This document shows positions 35,661-49,643 of a stretch of DNA of 64,000 bases, one piece after another. The stretch spans positions 33,610,401 to 33,674,400 of the forward strand of contig CM120641.1 in assembly GCA_051362555.1 (NCBI GenBank), given 5' to 3'. A program made the translations under genes and the position numbers. This DNA is from Lingula anatina. Taxonomy: Eukaryota; Animalia; Brachiopoda. The stretch's first letter is position 1, and every line of letters starts with the position of its first letter. The notes under the pieces are model-generated. The model had not been told where the DNA came from and did no database searches. It saw nothing but the letters and a program-made list of their open reading frames with translations.

Positions 35661-38600
35661 TATAATTCCAATGAAGATGCTATTCAAACTTTTAATCTTC
35701 CAGTTTGATATATATATATATATAAAACTTATTTGCAATATTAAACAAAATTTACCTGCATAATTATCACTGCTTCCTTATTATTAATCTAGCAGAGAGC
35801 TTTACCTTTGGGAGTTTACAGGGAAATATCAACAAGTGTGCTTTACGTAATCTCATTTAATGGCCTATTAAAGCAAATGACTTTATAACTCTGAAATTAA
35901 TCTAGTGATACCCAAGGGTAATTTACAGACTGACCCACTCAAAGGTCTTCAGGCCCATAAGTCACACCTTAAGAAAAGCACAAAACCATAATGCCCAAAA
36001 TAGGAGACTACCAATCCTGATACAATAATACATTATGTTTAACTGCACAGTCAACATCAACTTATGCACAACAGGTCACACAGACGAAAGTAAAAGCATA
36101 AGGCTCCAGGCCCATCAGAGTTCAAGTTTATACTTAGAAAGTGCCAGAATGAGAAAAATGAAAATTTCACAAAAAATGCATAAATACAATAAACATGATA
36201 ATCCAATAGAGCTGGTTTTCTCATGAGCTGAAGGCCAATCCTAAAAATCGTACTTGTAAGTTTAAAATTATAATAAGTGGCACAGTTTTCTTTTCATAAT
36301 GTTTACAGTAGCAGTGCAAAAAGATTGTTGTCAATTTTGATGTAACATTACATAATAAATTGGAGAATAATTATCACCAATTTTTGTTTATTGAATATAA
36401 ATAGGATGGACATGTAGAAAATATGATTACCATTTGGCTTCATGTCCATGGGAGCTCCGAGTCCCACAATGAATATGCCAAAAAGATAATGAATATTACA
36501 CTAAAATGTATAACTTCCAGAAAAAGAAGCCAATTAGACTGCTTTTCTAACTCAGGCTGCATTTTAGTCCAGGGTTTCTTTTTTGAAAGTTTGACAGTCA
36601 TAAGTAACACGGTTTTCCCATAATGGTCATCAAGGCAGCAGCACCAAAAATTGTGTTTTCTTCTATTTTGATGCAACATTACATAATGCTTAACAGCATA
36701 ATGACCATCGATTTTTTATAATAAAATATAAGTGTCATGAATTTTCACAAAATGTGACTAGCATGGGTCTTCAAGCCCGTGGAGGTTCTAATTCACACCT
36801 TGGAAATGCCAATATGTGAAAAATTAAATTTTCACAAAAAAACTGTTTAATTGCCAGAAAAATTTACCAAACAGACCGCATTGCCTACTGAAGCTGTATT
36901 TTAGTCCCATGTTTCTTTCCTGTAAGTTTGAGAACAGTAAGTGACATGATTTTCGTTAAATGGTCATCATGGGAGCAGTGCCCAAAATAGGGGTTTCTTC
37001 AAATTTTGATGGAATATTACATAATGTTTTACAGCATAATGACCATCAATTTGTAATTATAAAATATTAGTATCATGGTTATTCAGAAAACGTGACAAGC
37101 AAAAGTCTTCATGCCCATGGAACTTCAAAGTCACATATTGAAAATGCCAAAATGTAAACAAGACAGCACTGTTCTGAAATGGGTTTATTTCCATTTTTAA
37201 CACTTTTTTAACATAAAACAAAATAAACAGTTTACTGCCATTTTTATATGACCAATGAAGAAAATTGATGAGATGGGAAAAGTATCAATAGAACAGTGTT
37301 AAATGTCCAACTTCCTCCATTCTGAGATTCTGAACATAGTGGATGAATGCATCTGACAAACTGCAATGATATGAGTTTATTTCCATTTTTGACACTTTAT
37401 TACACAATACATGATAACAAGTTTACCATCATTTTTAAAAAATCAACTAACAATGTTGTAAAGATGCAGGAAATGTCAAACAAACACTTTTACGTATCTT
37501 ATTAGTTCAATAATGAGACTGTTAACATGCCTAACAATTGAATGTGAGGAAATGTGAAAAAACAGCATAACTTCTAAAATAATGGACTGATTATGCTGAT
37601 TTTCAAACTCAACCTGCGTTTTAGTAAGATTGGCCCCTCCTGTGAGTATAATGACAATTGGCCAATCTGTTTTTCTTATATTGTGTTATCAGTGTTGCAT
37701 ATATACTGAAAAAAGTGAAAAAACAGCATAAATTCCCTACAAGTGACCCGATCGTGCTGATTTTCGAACTTGACCTGCGTATTATGAATATTTATCAGTT
37801 CTGTAAGTTTCAAGCCAAAAGGTAAAATGGTTTTCCACTTATTGTGTTATCGGTGCTGCACATATGCTGAAAAAAGAGAAAAAATAGCCTAAATTCACTA
37901 AAAATGACCCAATCACGCTGATTTTCGAACATGACCTCCGTATTATGTATATTCATCAGTTCTGTAAGTTTCAAGCCAAAAGGTAAAATGGTTTTCCACT
38001 TATCGTGTTATCGGTGCTGCATATATGCTGAAAAAAGTGAAAAAACAGTATAAATTCCATACAAGTGACCCGATCATGCTGATTTTCGAACTCGACCTGC
38101 GTATTATGAATATTCATCAGTTCTGTAAGTTTCAAACAAAAAGAAAAATTGGTTTTCCACTTATCATGTTATCGGTAAAAGTGCACGGCGACGACGGCAA
38201 CGACGGCGTCGGCGACGACAGACGCAGATGACGGCTATATGTACAGACACATATGTGTCTGTACATAAAAACAGCATAACTTCTAAAATAATGAACTGAT
38301 TATGCTGATTTTCAAACTCAACCTGCGTTTTAGTAAGATTGGCCCCTCCTGTGAGTGTAATGACAATTGGCCAATCTGTTTTTCTTATATTGTGTTATCA
38401 ATGTTGCATATATACTGAAAAAAGTGAAAAAACAGCATAAATTCCCTATAAGTGACCCGATCGTGCTGATTTTCGAACTTGACCTGCGTATTATGAATAT
38501 TTATCAGTTCTGTAAGTATCAAGCCAAAAGGTAAAATGGTTTTCCACTTATCGTGTTATCGGTGCTGCACATATGCTGAAAAAAGAGAAAAAATAGCCTA

Positions 38601-41600
38601 AATTCACTAAAAATGACCCAATCACGCCGATTTTCGAACTTGACCCGCGTATTATGAATATTCATCAGTTCTGTAAGTTTCAAGCCAAAAGGTAAAATGG
38701 TTTTCCACTTATCGTGTTATCGGTGCTGCATTTATGCTGAAAAAAAGTGAAAAAACAGCATAAATTCCATATAAGTGACCCGATCATGCTGATTTTCGAA
38801 CTCGACCTGCGTATTATGAATATTCATCAGTTCTGTAAGTTTCAAACAAAAAGAAAAAACAGTTTTCCACTTATCATGTTATCAGTAAAAGTGCACGGCG
38901 ACGGCGATGACGGCAACGACGGCGACAACGGCGACAGCGATGACAGACACAGATGACGGCTATATGTACAGACACATCTGTGTCTGTACATAAAAATCAT
39001 ACTTGTAAGTTAAAAATAATAATAAGTAACAGTTTTCTTTTCATAATGTTTGCAGTAGCAATGCAAAAATGTTGTTGTCAATTTTGATGTAACATTACAT
39101 AATAAATTATAGAATAATTATCACCAATCTTTGATTATTGACAATAAATAGCATGGACATGTAGAAAATTTGATTACCATTCGGCTTCATGTCCATGGGA
39201 GCTCCGAGTCCCACAATGAATATCCCAAAAAGATAATGAATATTTCACTCAAATGTATAACTTCCAGAAAAAGAAGCCAATTAGACTGCTTTTCCAACTC
39301 ATTCTGCATTTTAGTCCAGTGTTTCTTTTTTAAAGGTTTGACAGTCATAACACGGTTTTCCCATAATGCTCATCATAGCAGCAGCACCAAAAAATTGTGT
39401 TTTCTTCTATTTTGATGCAATATTACATAATGCTTAACAGCATAATGACCATCAATTTTTAATAATAGAATATTAGTAACATGGACATTCAGAAAACGTG
39501 ACAAGCAAAGGTCTTCAGGATCATGGAACTTCAAAGTCACACCTTGAAAATGCCAATAAGTGAAAAATTAAATTTTCACAAAAAACTGTTTAACTGCCAG
39601 AAAAAATTACCAAACAGACTGCATTGCCAACTGAAGCTGTATTTTAGACCCTTGTTTCTTTCCTGTAAGTTTGAGAACGGTAATTGACATGATTTTTGTT
39701 AAATGGTCATTATGAGAGCAGTGCCCAAAATAGGGGTTTCTTCAAATTTTGATGCAATATTACATAATGTTTAACAGCATAATGACCATCAATGTTTAAT
39801 AATGGAATATTAGTAACATGAACATTCAGAAAACATGACTAGCAAAGGTCTGCAGGCTCATGGAACTTCAAAGTCACACCTTGAAAATGCCAATATGTGA
39901 AAAATTAAATTTTCACAAAAAACTGTTCAACTGCCAGAAAAAACTACCAAACAGACTGCATTGCTGAAGCTGTATTTTAGCCCCATGTTTCTTTCCTGTA
40001 AGTTTGAAAACAGTAAGTGACATGGTTTTTCTTAAAATCCATCATGGGAGCAGTGCCCAAAATAGGGGTTTCTTCAAATTTTGATGCAATATTACATAAT
40101 GTTTAACAGCATAATGACCATCAATTTTTAATAATAGAATATTAGTAACATGAACATTCAGAAAACGTGACTAGCAAAGGTCTGCAGGCTCATGGAACTT
40201 CAAAGTCACACCTTGAAAATGCCAATATGTGAAAAATTAAATTTTCACAAAAAACTGTTTAACTGCCAGAAAAAATTACCAAACAGACTGCATTGCCTAC
40301 TGAAGCTGTATTTTAGCCCTATGTTTCTTTCCTGTAAGTTTGAAAACAGTAAGTGACATGGTTTTTCTTAAATGGTCATCATGGGAGCAGTGCCTAAAAT
40401 AGGGGTTTCTTCAAATTTTGATGCAATATTACATAATGTTTAACAGCATAATGACCATCAATTTTTAATCATAAAATATTAGTATCATGGATATTCAGAA
40501 AATGTGATTAGCAAAGGTCTGCAGGCTCATGAAACTTCAAAGTCACATCTTAAAAATACCAAAATGTAAACAAGACAGCACTGTTCTGAAATGGGTTTAT
40601 TTCCATTTTTAACATTTTTTTAACATAAAACAAAATAAACAGTTTGTTGCCATTTTTATATGACCAACTATAAAATTGATGAGATGGGAAAATATCAATA
40701 GAACAGTGTTTAATGTCCAATTTCCTCCATTCTGAGATTCTGAACATAGTGGATGATTGAATCTGACAAACTGCAATGATGAGTTTATTACCATTTTTGA
40801 CACTTTATTACACAATAAACAATAACAAGTTTACCATCATTTTTACACAATCAATTAACAATGTTGTAAAGATGCAGGAAATATCAAACAAACACTTTTA
40901 CGTATCTTATTAGTTAAATAATGAGACTGTTAACATGCCTAATAATTGAATCTGAGGAAATGTGAAAAAAAAACAGCATAACTTCTAAAATAAAGGCCCG
41001 ATCATGCTGATTTTCGAACTTGACCTGCGTATTATGAATATCCATCAGTTCTGTTAGTTTCAAGCCAAAAGGTAAAATGTTATTTCACTTATCGTGTTAT
41101 CGGTGTTGCATGTATGCTGAGAAAAGTGAAAAAACAGCGTAACTTCCCTAAAAATGACCTGATCATGCTGATTTTCGAACTTGACCTGCGGATTATGAAT
41201 ATTCATCAGTTTTGTAAGTTTCAAGCCAAAAGTAAAATGGTTTTCCACTTATCGTGTTATCGGTGCTGCATATATGCTGAAAAAAAGTGAAAAAAACAGC
41301 ATAACTTCCCTAAAAATGGCCCGATCATGCTGATTTTCGAACTTGACCTGTGTATTATGAATATTCATCAGTTTTGTAAGTTTCAAGGGAAAAGTTAAAA
41401 TGGTTTTCCACTTATCGTGTTATTGGTGCTGCATATATGCTGAAACAAGACAGCACTGTTCTGCAATGGGTTTACTTCCATTTCTAAAACACTTTTTTAA
41501 CATAAAACAAAATAAACAGTTTTCTACCATTTGTATATGATCAACTAAGAAAATTGATGAGATGGGAAAAATATCAATAGAACAGTGTTAAATGTCCAAT

Positions 41601-42654
41601 TTCCTCCATTCTGAGATAATGAATATAGTAGATGATTGAATCTGACAAACTGCAATGAGATTTGTTTATTTCCATTTTTGACACTTTATAACATAATACA
41701 CAATAACAAGTTTACCATCATTTTTACATAATCAACTAACAATGTTATTAAGATGCAGGAAATGTCAAACAAACACTTTTATATATCTTATTAGTTCAAT
41801 AATGAGACTGTTAATATGCCTAACAATTGAATCTGAGGAAATGTGAAAAAACAGCATAACTTCTAAAAGAATGGCCCGATTATGCTGATTTTGGAACTCA
41901 ACCTGCGTTTTAGTTAATTAGACTACTCCTGTGAGTATAATGACAATTGCCCTATCTGTTTTTCTTATATTGTGTTATTAGCGTTGCATATATGCTGAAA
42001 GAAGTGAAAAAACAGCATAACATCCCTAAAAATGGCCCGATCATGCTGATTCTCAAACTTGACCTGCGTATTTTGAATATTCAGCAGTTTTGTAAGTTTC
42101 AAGCCAAAAGGTAAAATGGTTTTCCATTTATGGTGTTATCGGTGCTGCATATATGCTGAAAAAAGAGAAAAATAGCCTAAATTCACTAAAAATGACCCAA
42201 TCATGCTGATTTTCGAACTTGACATGCGTATTATGAATATTCATCAGTTTTGTAAGTTTCAAGCCAAAAGGTAAAATGGTTTTCCACTTATCATGTTATC
42301 GGTGTTGCATATATGCTGAAAAAAGTGAAAAAACAGCATAAATTCCCTATAAGTGACCCGATCATGCTGATTTTCAAACTTGACCAGTGTATTATGAATA
42401 TTCATCAGTTCTGTAAGTTTCAAGCCAAAAGGTAAAATGATTTTCCACTTATCGTGTTATCGGTGCTGCATATATGCTGAAAAAAGTGAAAAAACAGCAT
42501 AAATTCCCTATAAGTGACCCGATCATGCTGTGTCTGTACATAAAAAAAATTACGCACTTGGGAACATTTGTTGCATGCAGGGCTTTTCCTAGGATTGAGA
42601 GTCAGGCCTTCTAAAATTACCATATGTAACTTCCTAAAAATTTACAGGGAGTTA

Positions 42655-43245
42655 AAATAATGATCTCCTGTTGACGATCTTCCGCAATTTAAGTTCCTTC
42701 AACTAATATGAAAACTGCATTTTATTATTGCTTACATCGCGGACGATCTCCCAATAATGATATAAAAATTGCCTTTTCGTCTCGCTCGGATCACGAACGA
42801 TCTCCCTCTGACGATTTTACGCGAACAAAGTCCTGACGATAGTACGCAAACGATTCTCCGCCGAAGATATGCCGTGAGCGGGGGAAGGGGGAGTTAAAGA
42901 TAAAATGAAAAATATATATTATTTATAAAATTCAAAGGGGGAGGGGGATTAAAATAATGATCTCCTGCTGACGATCTTCCACGAACGAAGTTCCCTTGAA
43001 CAAATATGAAAAGTGCATTTTATTCTTGCATACATCGCGAACGATCTCCAGCTGAAGATATGAAGATTGCCTTTTCGTCTCTCTCAAATCGCAAACGATC
43101 TCCCGCTGATGATCTTATGCGAACGGAGTCCGCTACAAATATGAAAATTATCTTCTCGTCTCGTTTGGAACGCGAATGATTCTCCGCTTAGGATATGAAA
43201 ATTGCCATCTCGTCCTATTCGCATTGGGAACGATCTCCATGTACG
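42655..43245. repeat. Degenerate array of acgatctcc-containing subunits with a ~298-bp higher-order duplication
   Basis: aataatgatctcctg-tgacgatcttcc begins at ~42657 and ~42954. (a/g)acgatctcc recurs every ~50-85 bp. Confidence 0.8.
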
Positions 43246-45039
43246 AGCCAGGTAATCGTTAAATGGTCCTAAATTGAATATGGACATGAATAGAAGTGAC
43301 GGGTACATTTCACTTCGAGATAATATCTTGATTTTTTCATTGTGTCTTCCTCATTTAGGACAACGGCCGATAACAATAACGGCGTTACAAATGACAAAGC
43401 CGCGGCCTGTGACTTCTATTTGCCGGCTTGATAACGCACCTTAAGCCAGGTAATAGTAATGCAACTAAAGACAAAAGGCCGACGTTCCCGCAATTGAGAA
43501 CGGGAATTCACATCTAAACCATCTATATTGTGAGTAACCGCTCGCAGGGGCGCACTATTGTTCCTATCTCCCATTGAGAGTGTTATCGGCAATGATATCC
43601 TGATTGTATCATTGTCTTGAATCAACTGATGCATTACCTTCATGTTTGAGCTGGACAACGCGGCCATATTTGGTGACGAACTTTTCAAAAATTATCGAGT
43701 ACCCCATTTTCAAGGTCGATGAAGTTTTCAAAGGGAAAAAAATTACGTCGGCAGAAAATCGTCTGCCGACGAAATTTTCAAGACTTTACCGTAACTTCAA
43801 ATTACTATTTAAGTATTTTATTTAAAAAGCATGTCATATAAAAACATATTGAGAAAAGGCAAAATACGGAGCGTACCTGTGCCGATAGACATACAGTATT
43901 TTGCTGGCATTCTTCCGATTTTCTTACTTATATACTCTCGCTGTGCACAAACCACGGTGCATATTGAAAACCCCACTGATACAACCCGAACGTAAAAAAA
44001 GCATTTACTTGCCATAATTTTCACAAAACAGGTGCATTTATAATTTGACGTGAGAATTGAGCACATGCAGAAATGAGAGACTGGTTTTATCTGGTCTGCT
44101 CCAGCATAGCGCAAACCACATGTTAATGAAGACGGTCCCACTTTGGGGGAGGGGGTCACAGGAATGGAGTTCATCGTGGATTACACTTATCAACATTTCA
44201 TGCATCTGGGGAAATAGAAAGTGACTCACAGGTAACGTAAATACCCACTGGAACTCTCTATGAAGCTCCCATGGAGTTAAGGAAGACGTCATTTTTATTG
44301 TTGACAAATCAGTTATCCATGTAGGTGAACAGCGACACTTGTTCGTCAGATTTTGACAGCACGTGGTATTTGGCGCCAAGAAGTCTGGGCGGTTGATCCC
44401 GCTGATCTTTCGGCCGATTGTAGTAAATGTAAGATCTTGCGGTGTTGACTTCAAGAACGTTTCCCCATCTGCATATATATTTCAATCGTACTTGAAATTA
44501 AATTGCTTATTCTTCCCAAACTTTTTATTGCTAGCAAACGCGATATATGGTCTATATGAAGGTGTTTACGACGTATTCTACCCACTGTCGACATTTGGTT
44601 TCATCCAGAATAGACCTTTTTTAACCCCCCCCCCCTCCCCCCGCAGTTACGGGCGTGATGAATCAGTCAGTGAGGGCAAGTCTGCTTAATAGCAAAATTT
44701 GTATGTCTATAAGCACTATTATTGTCATCGGGTACAAAGGAAAAGACAGGTACGTCATGCTTCCAGATTAGATCTTCAATTAATTGTTTCTTCCTCATTG
44801 ACGAGAGCTATTGAAAGGACAACAATTGACAAAGGGCCGAGGCAAGCAGCATCTATTTCACTGGCTTGAAAATTTACCAAGTCTTGTCGACGATGTTGTC
44901 GAACAATCGGAACAAGAAAAAAATTCTGTCCCATGATTTTGACGTATGGACTAATTGTTTGAGCCCAGAAAAATTAATTTTATAAAATAATTTTTGTGGT
45001 CGGATTGACTGGGCCCGTCGAAATGCTTGGCACATTACC

Positions 45040-45072
45040 GTACCGCCAGCGCCTATGCTGGTGGTACAATTA
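45040..45072 (-). mobile_element. Family-A-type Helentron terminus attached to an unrelated interior
   Basis: gtaccgccagcgcctatgctggtggtacaatta, compared with the A end gtaccgccagcgctaacgctggtggtacaatta. The sequence to its left is not A-like. Confidence 0.75.
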
Positions 45073-45400
45073 TTCAGTAGTTGGGGCTTATTTTGCTGTA
45101 AGTTAGTAACTTTCAACATTGAAATGGTCCACGTATTCGATCTTCTAATCAGTTCTTGCCTTTGGGTGACTAATTGTCATATAATCTTGTATTAAAGAGG
45201 ATTTTGGTAAATTTATGTTTGCTTAACAGTTTGTTGTACCCAAAGAGAAAATAATATTTTTCTTCTAAAAATGCTTACACGACCACGTGATGATGGATGC
45301 CGTGCGCACCAAGCACTTAACCATGTTGAGCGAAGTGCGTTCTTAATTTATTTTTGTGATAATGATTAAATCGATGAAATATTATCATGATTGTAAAATA

Positions 45401-48400
45401 AACAAGGCAGCAAAGCTGTCAAATTTACAGACAAAAAACAGAAAATAAAGATGCAAAATAGGCCATTTTGTCAATTTTGATGCAATAATAAATAATGCTT
45501 ATAATAGCACAGTCAGTTAAAGTCATAATAACTCTTCGTTTTGGCCAAAAATTGGATTTTCCTGGAGTAACAGCAATTTTCCCGTACTCACCAATGGTCA
45601 GCGACCCCATTCCTGCATTCAAAGTTAATCCAGGGTTTTTTTCCTAAACGTATGGTTTTTTGTTAAAATCTCTTAAGTGATTTTAACTGACGGAGCCCTC
45701 TATAACATAGCATATCGAGCGGGTTTTCTGATGACCTACTTAAAACCGCGGGAAAAGCAGACAACAACAACACTTTATTGCAATAAAATAAGATTCATAC
45801 GATATAATCGTCTTAATTGCTCATATTCACAACGTGTGCAGTTCTGGGCTTTTCGTTATCCGACACACTGTACAAAAACTCGCAACTTACGTCTAAGGAT
45901 TGTGTCATGCGCCTGTGTTATTTTGGTCTCGACTGCACGTTAGAATCCGCGTGATGCGCCAAAATCCTTGGCACCGAAAGCCCTATTGACAAGCACAGTT
46001 TTTAGTTTAACTACAATAACAGCTGTTTTAGTGCTGAAATGCAATATAATATATTTCCGTGTGTTGTTTAGAATGTATTTCTTGCGGAATTTTGAATCTT
46101 AAAGGAAGAGTTATTATTGCTTTAACACTGATTTTTAATCATGCACAACAGGTAACCTGGTCAATAACAGGAGCAGATCCAGAGGTATTTTTTGACAGTA
46201 TTCCAAAGTATTTTTGTTGATCCATCCTCCACTTTTGATGGTCTTCCAACAGAAAAAAATTGATACCAGTCAATGTAAACTTTAAAATCTGACCATCATC
46301 TGAAAGACCCAGAAGACGGCTTCAATCCACCCCTGCAATAAGATTACAGTTTCTGGACCATGAGAGTTCAAATTCACATAATGAAAATCCCAATATTTGA
46401 AAAATGTTGACAGTGCATAAAATAATATTACATAATGTTTAAAGACATAAAAACCTATGCAACTGCTTATGTGGGAATACAGAAAATCTGAAGAGCTTCA
46501 GGTGGATGGGAGTTGAAAATGCCAGTGTTTAGAAAAAAAAATTAAAAAGAAAAAAAATCCAATAAAGCTGCTATTCAAAATTTTAATCTTGCTGTATTAA
46601 CATGATATGAATAACCCCAATGTGTTTGAGGATAATAAGGCACTGTTATTCATCTATAGCATAAATGTTGGCATTACACACATTTTTTTCTTTTCAAAAC
46701 TTATTTGCAATATTAAACAACATTTACCTGCATAATTATCACCAATCCCTAATTATGTGACACAGTTAAGAGAGCTTAACCTATAGAAAATGGGTCATTT
46801 TGTCAATTTCGATGCAATAATAAATAAGGCAACTAGCTGTCAAATGTACAGACAAAAAACAGGAAATAACTATGCACAAAATAGGCTACTGTCAATTCTG
46901 TCAAAAGAACATTGTGTTAAACTGCAAATTCAACATCAAATTTAATTATGCTCAACAGGTAATACCAATGTAAGTAAAATGTGTAACAAGTTCACACTTT
47001 GAAAATGTATAACTTCCAGAAAAAGAAGCCATTTAGACTGCTTTTCCAACTCAGGCTGCATTTTACTCCTGTATTTCTTTTTTGAAAGTTTGGCAATCAT
47101 AAGTAACATGGTTTTCCCATAATGTTCATCATGGCAGCAGCACCCAAAATTGTGTTTTCTTCTATTCTGATGCCATATTACATAATGGTTAACAGCATAA
47201 TGACCGTCAAATTTTAATAATAAAATATTCGTATCATGGATTTTCAGAAAATGTGACTAGCATGGGTCTTCAAGCCCGTGGAACTTCAAAGTCACACCTT
47301 GAAAATGCCAATATGTGAAAAATTTAATTTTCACAAAAAAACTGTTTAACTGGCAGTAAGAATTACCAAACAGACTGCATTGCCTACTGAAGCTGTATTT
47401 TAGTCCCATGTTTCTTTCCTGTAAGTTTGAGAACAGTAAGTGACATGGTTTTTCTTAAATGGTCATCATGGGAGCAGTGCCCAAAATAGTTTTTTTTTTT
47501 TCAAATTTTGATGCAATATTACATAATGTTTAACAGCATAATGACCATCAATTTAAATAATAAAATATTAGTATTATGGATATTCAGAAAATATGACTAG
47601 CAAAGGTCTTCAGGCCCATGGAACTTCAAAGTCACAACTTGAAAATGCCAAAATGTGAACCAAGACAGCACTGTTCTTTTTTTTTTTTCCATTTTTAACA
47701 ATTTTTAACATAAAACAAAATTAACAGTTTACTGCCGTTTTTATTTGATCAACTAAGAAAATTGATGAGATGGGAAAAATATCAATAGAGCAGTGTTAAA
47801 TGTCCAATTTCTTCCATTCTGAGATTCTGAACATAGTGAATGATTGAATCTGACAAACTGCAATGTTATGAGTTTATTTCCATTTTTGAAGCTTTATTAC
47901 ACAATACACGATAGCAAGTTTACCATCATTTTTACAAAATCAACTAACAATGTTGTAAAGATTCAGGAAATGTCAAACAAACACTTTTACGTATCTTATT
48001 AGTTCAATAATGAGACTGTTAACATGCCTAACAATTGAATCTGAGGAAATGTAAAAAAACAGCATAACTTCTAAAATAATGGCCCGATTATGCTGATTTC
48101 CGAACTCATCCTACGTTTTAGTAAGATTGACTAGTCCCGTGAGTATAATGACAATTGGCCCATCTGTTAATCTTATATTGTGTTATCAGAATTGCATATA
48201 TGCTGAAAAAGTGAAAAAACAGCATAACTTCCCTTAAAAATGACGGATCATGCTGATTTTCGAACTCGAACTGCGTATTATAAATATTCATCAGTTCTGT
48301 AAGTTTCAAGCCAAAAGGTAGAATGGTTTTTCACTTACTGTGTTATCGGTGTTATAATAATGCTAAAAAAAGTGAAAAAACAGCATCACTTCCCTAAAAA

Positions 48401-48592
48401 TGGCCCGATCATGCTGATTTTGACCTTGACCTACGTATTATGAATATTCATCAGTTCTGTAAATTTGAATACAAAATGTAAAACGGTATTCCACTTATCG
48501 TGTTATCGCTGAGTGCACAGCGACGGCGACGCCCTACATCGACGGCGACGACAGACGCAGGTGACGGCTATATTGTCTGTGTCTGTACATAA
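45401..48592 (-). mobile_element. Composite family C element (second C end motif at ~46825)
   Basis: aacaaggcagcaaagctgtc at ~45402, aataaggcaactagctgtcaaatgtacagac at ~46823, terminal tgtgtctgtacata at ~48578-48591. Contains B and H insertions. Confidence 0.8.
45521..46121. mobile_element. Kolobok-like element, longer family B variant (nested in C)
   Basis: TTAA at 45517-45520 and 46122-46125. Removing the element and one TTAA restores gtcagt(t/c)aacactg as at 31146-31158. Interior is longer and CpG-richer than other B copies. Confidence 0.85.
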
Positions 48593-49643
48593 TAAAGCCA
48601 TGTGTACAATTTTGTACAAATATTATTATTACTACTATTATTATTATTTTTTTGTTATTATTATTATTTGTTTTTTTTTGCAGTTTCAGTTGCCATTTTT
48701 CGTTACATTTGTGATCGTGATGAATTTGAAGATTGACCAATTTCATTGTCAAGTAGTAAGTTTTTCAAGGCACAGAAAAGGATTGCTTCTTCTAATAAGC
48801 CCAGTATGCAGTCCAGAAAAGAATCATTTTTCACTACAGCTACTAGAATACCTCCAACAGAGCAGTAGGTGGGCCACTTCTAGACTTGCCTGATAACCTT
48901 GTGACAATTACCAACATGGAGTCTAGTTGCACACTAAAAATGCACATTAGAAATTGAAATCATGTTTGTGTATAATGCCAACATTAATGCTATAGATGAA
49001 TTACAGTGCTTTATTATGCTCCAACTCAATGGGGTTATTCATATCATGTTAATACAGCTAGATTAAAAGTTTTAATAGCAGCTGTATTGGAATATTTTTG
49101 TTGTTTTTTTTTATTTATTATTATTTTTTACTTTTCAAACACTGGCATCTTCAAGATGTGACATTTAACTCCCATCCACCTGAAGGCCTGTACATTTTCA
49201 GATTACTTGCAATGTGTTGAAATAGAATAGTGCAAAATGTTGGTCTTAAAATTGTTTTTGTGTAATAATTGTATAATGCATATGCTGATGTAACCTGGGA
49301 ATAAAGTGAAATATAAATGCTGTCTTTCTTTGACTGTTATTAAGACCTGTTGGTCCAGTGTTGGGTACAACAGTATAAACTTGGATCTTGGTTTCCACCT
49401 AATGTTGTTAAGGCATGCTTAAGTTTTTCTTACAATATCGTATACATTGACTTACACATTTAGTCTGTTTTATAATTTAATTTTGCCTTTTAATGCTGTC
49501 CACGGTCTTCCTTCATGTATGTTAGCATAAAAACTGATGAGTGGTGGTATTTTTCGACTTTCAAAAATTGCTAATTGAAATAAAAAAAATGCTAACAGAA
49601 ATTTGTACCCTTTAGCAAATGTTGCTTATCAAAAAATAATGAC

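Larger units (their letters stand above)
32431..38992 (-). mobile_element. Family C element nested inside another C
   Basis: Both C ends present. Carries H, D and A insertions. The terminal ~710 bp is tandemly duplicated (37561-38270 and 38271-38992). Confidence 0.8.
31034..42547 (-). mobile_element. Long family C element (outer copy: 31034-32430 plus 38993-42547)
   Basis: C end motif at 31034. Interrupted at ccaatcct|aa and resumes at aaaatcatacttgtaag, matching the contiguous form at 36235-36260. Contains ~335-bp units (39413, 39750, 40083, 40419) and ~160-bp units. Ends tgtctgtacataaaa. Confidence 0.8.

Noticed and set aside
48683-48870. SVAIFRYICDRDEFED as a GST-theta-like exon
   Set aside because: Very short similarity, an immediate in-frame stop and no neighbouring GST exons.
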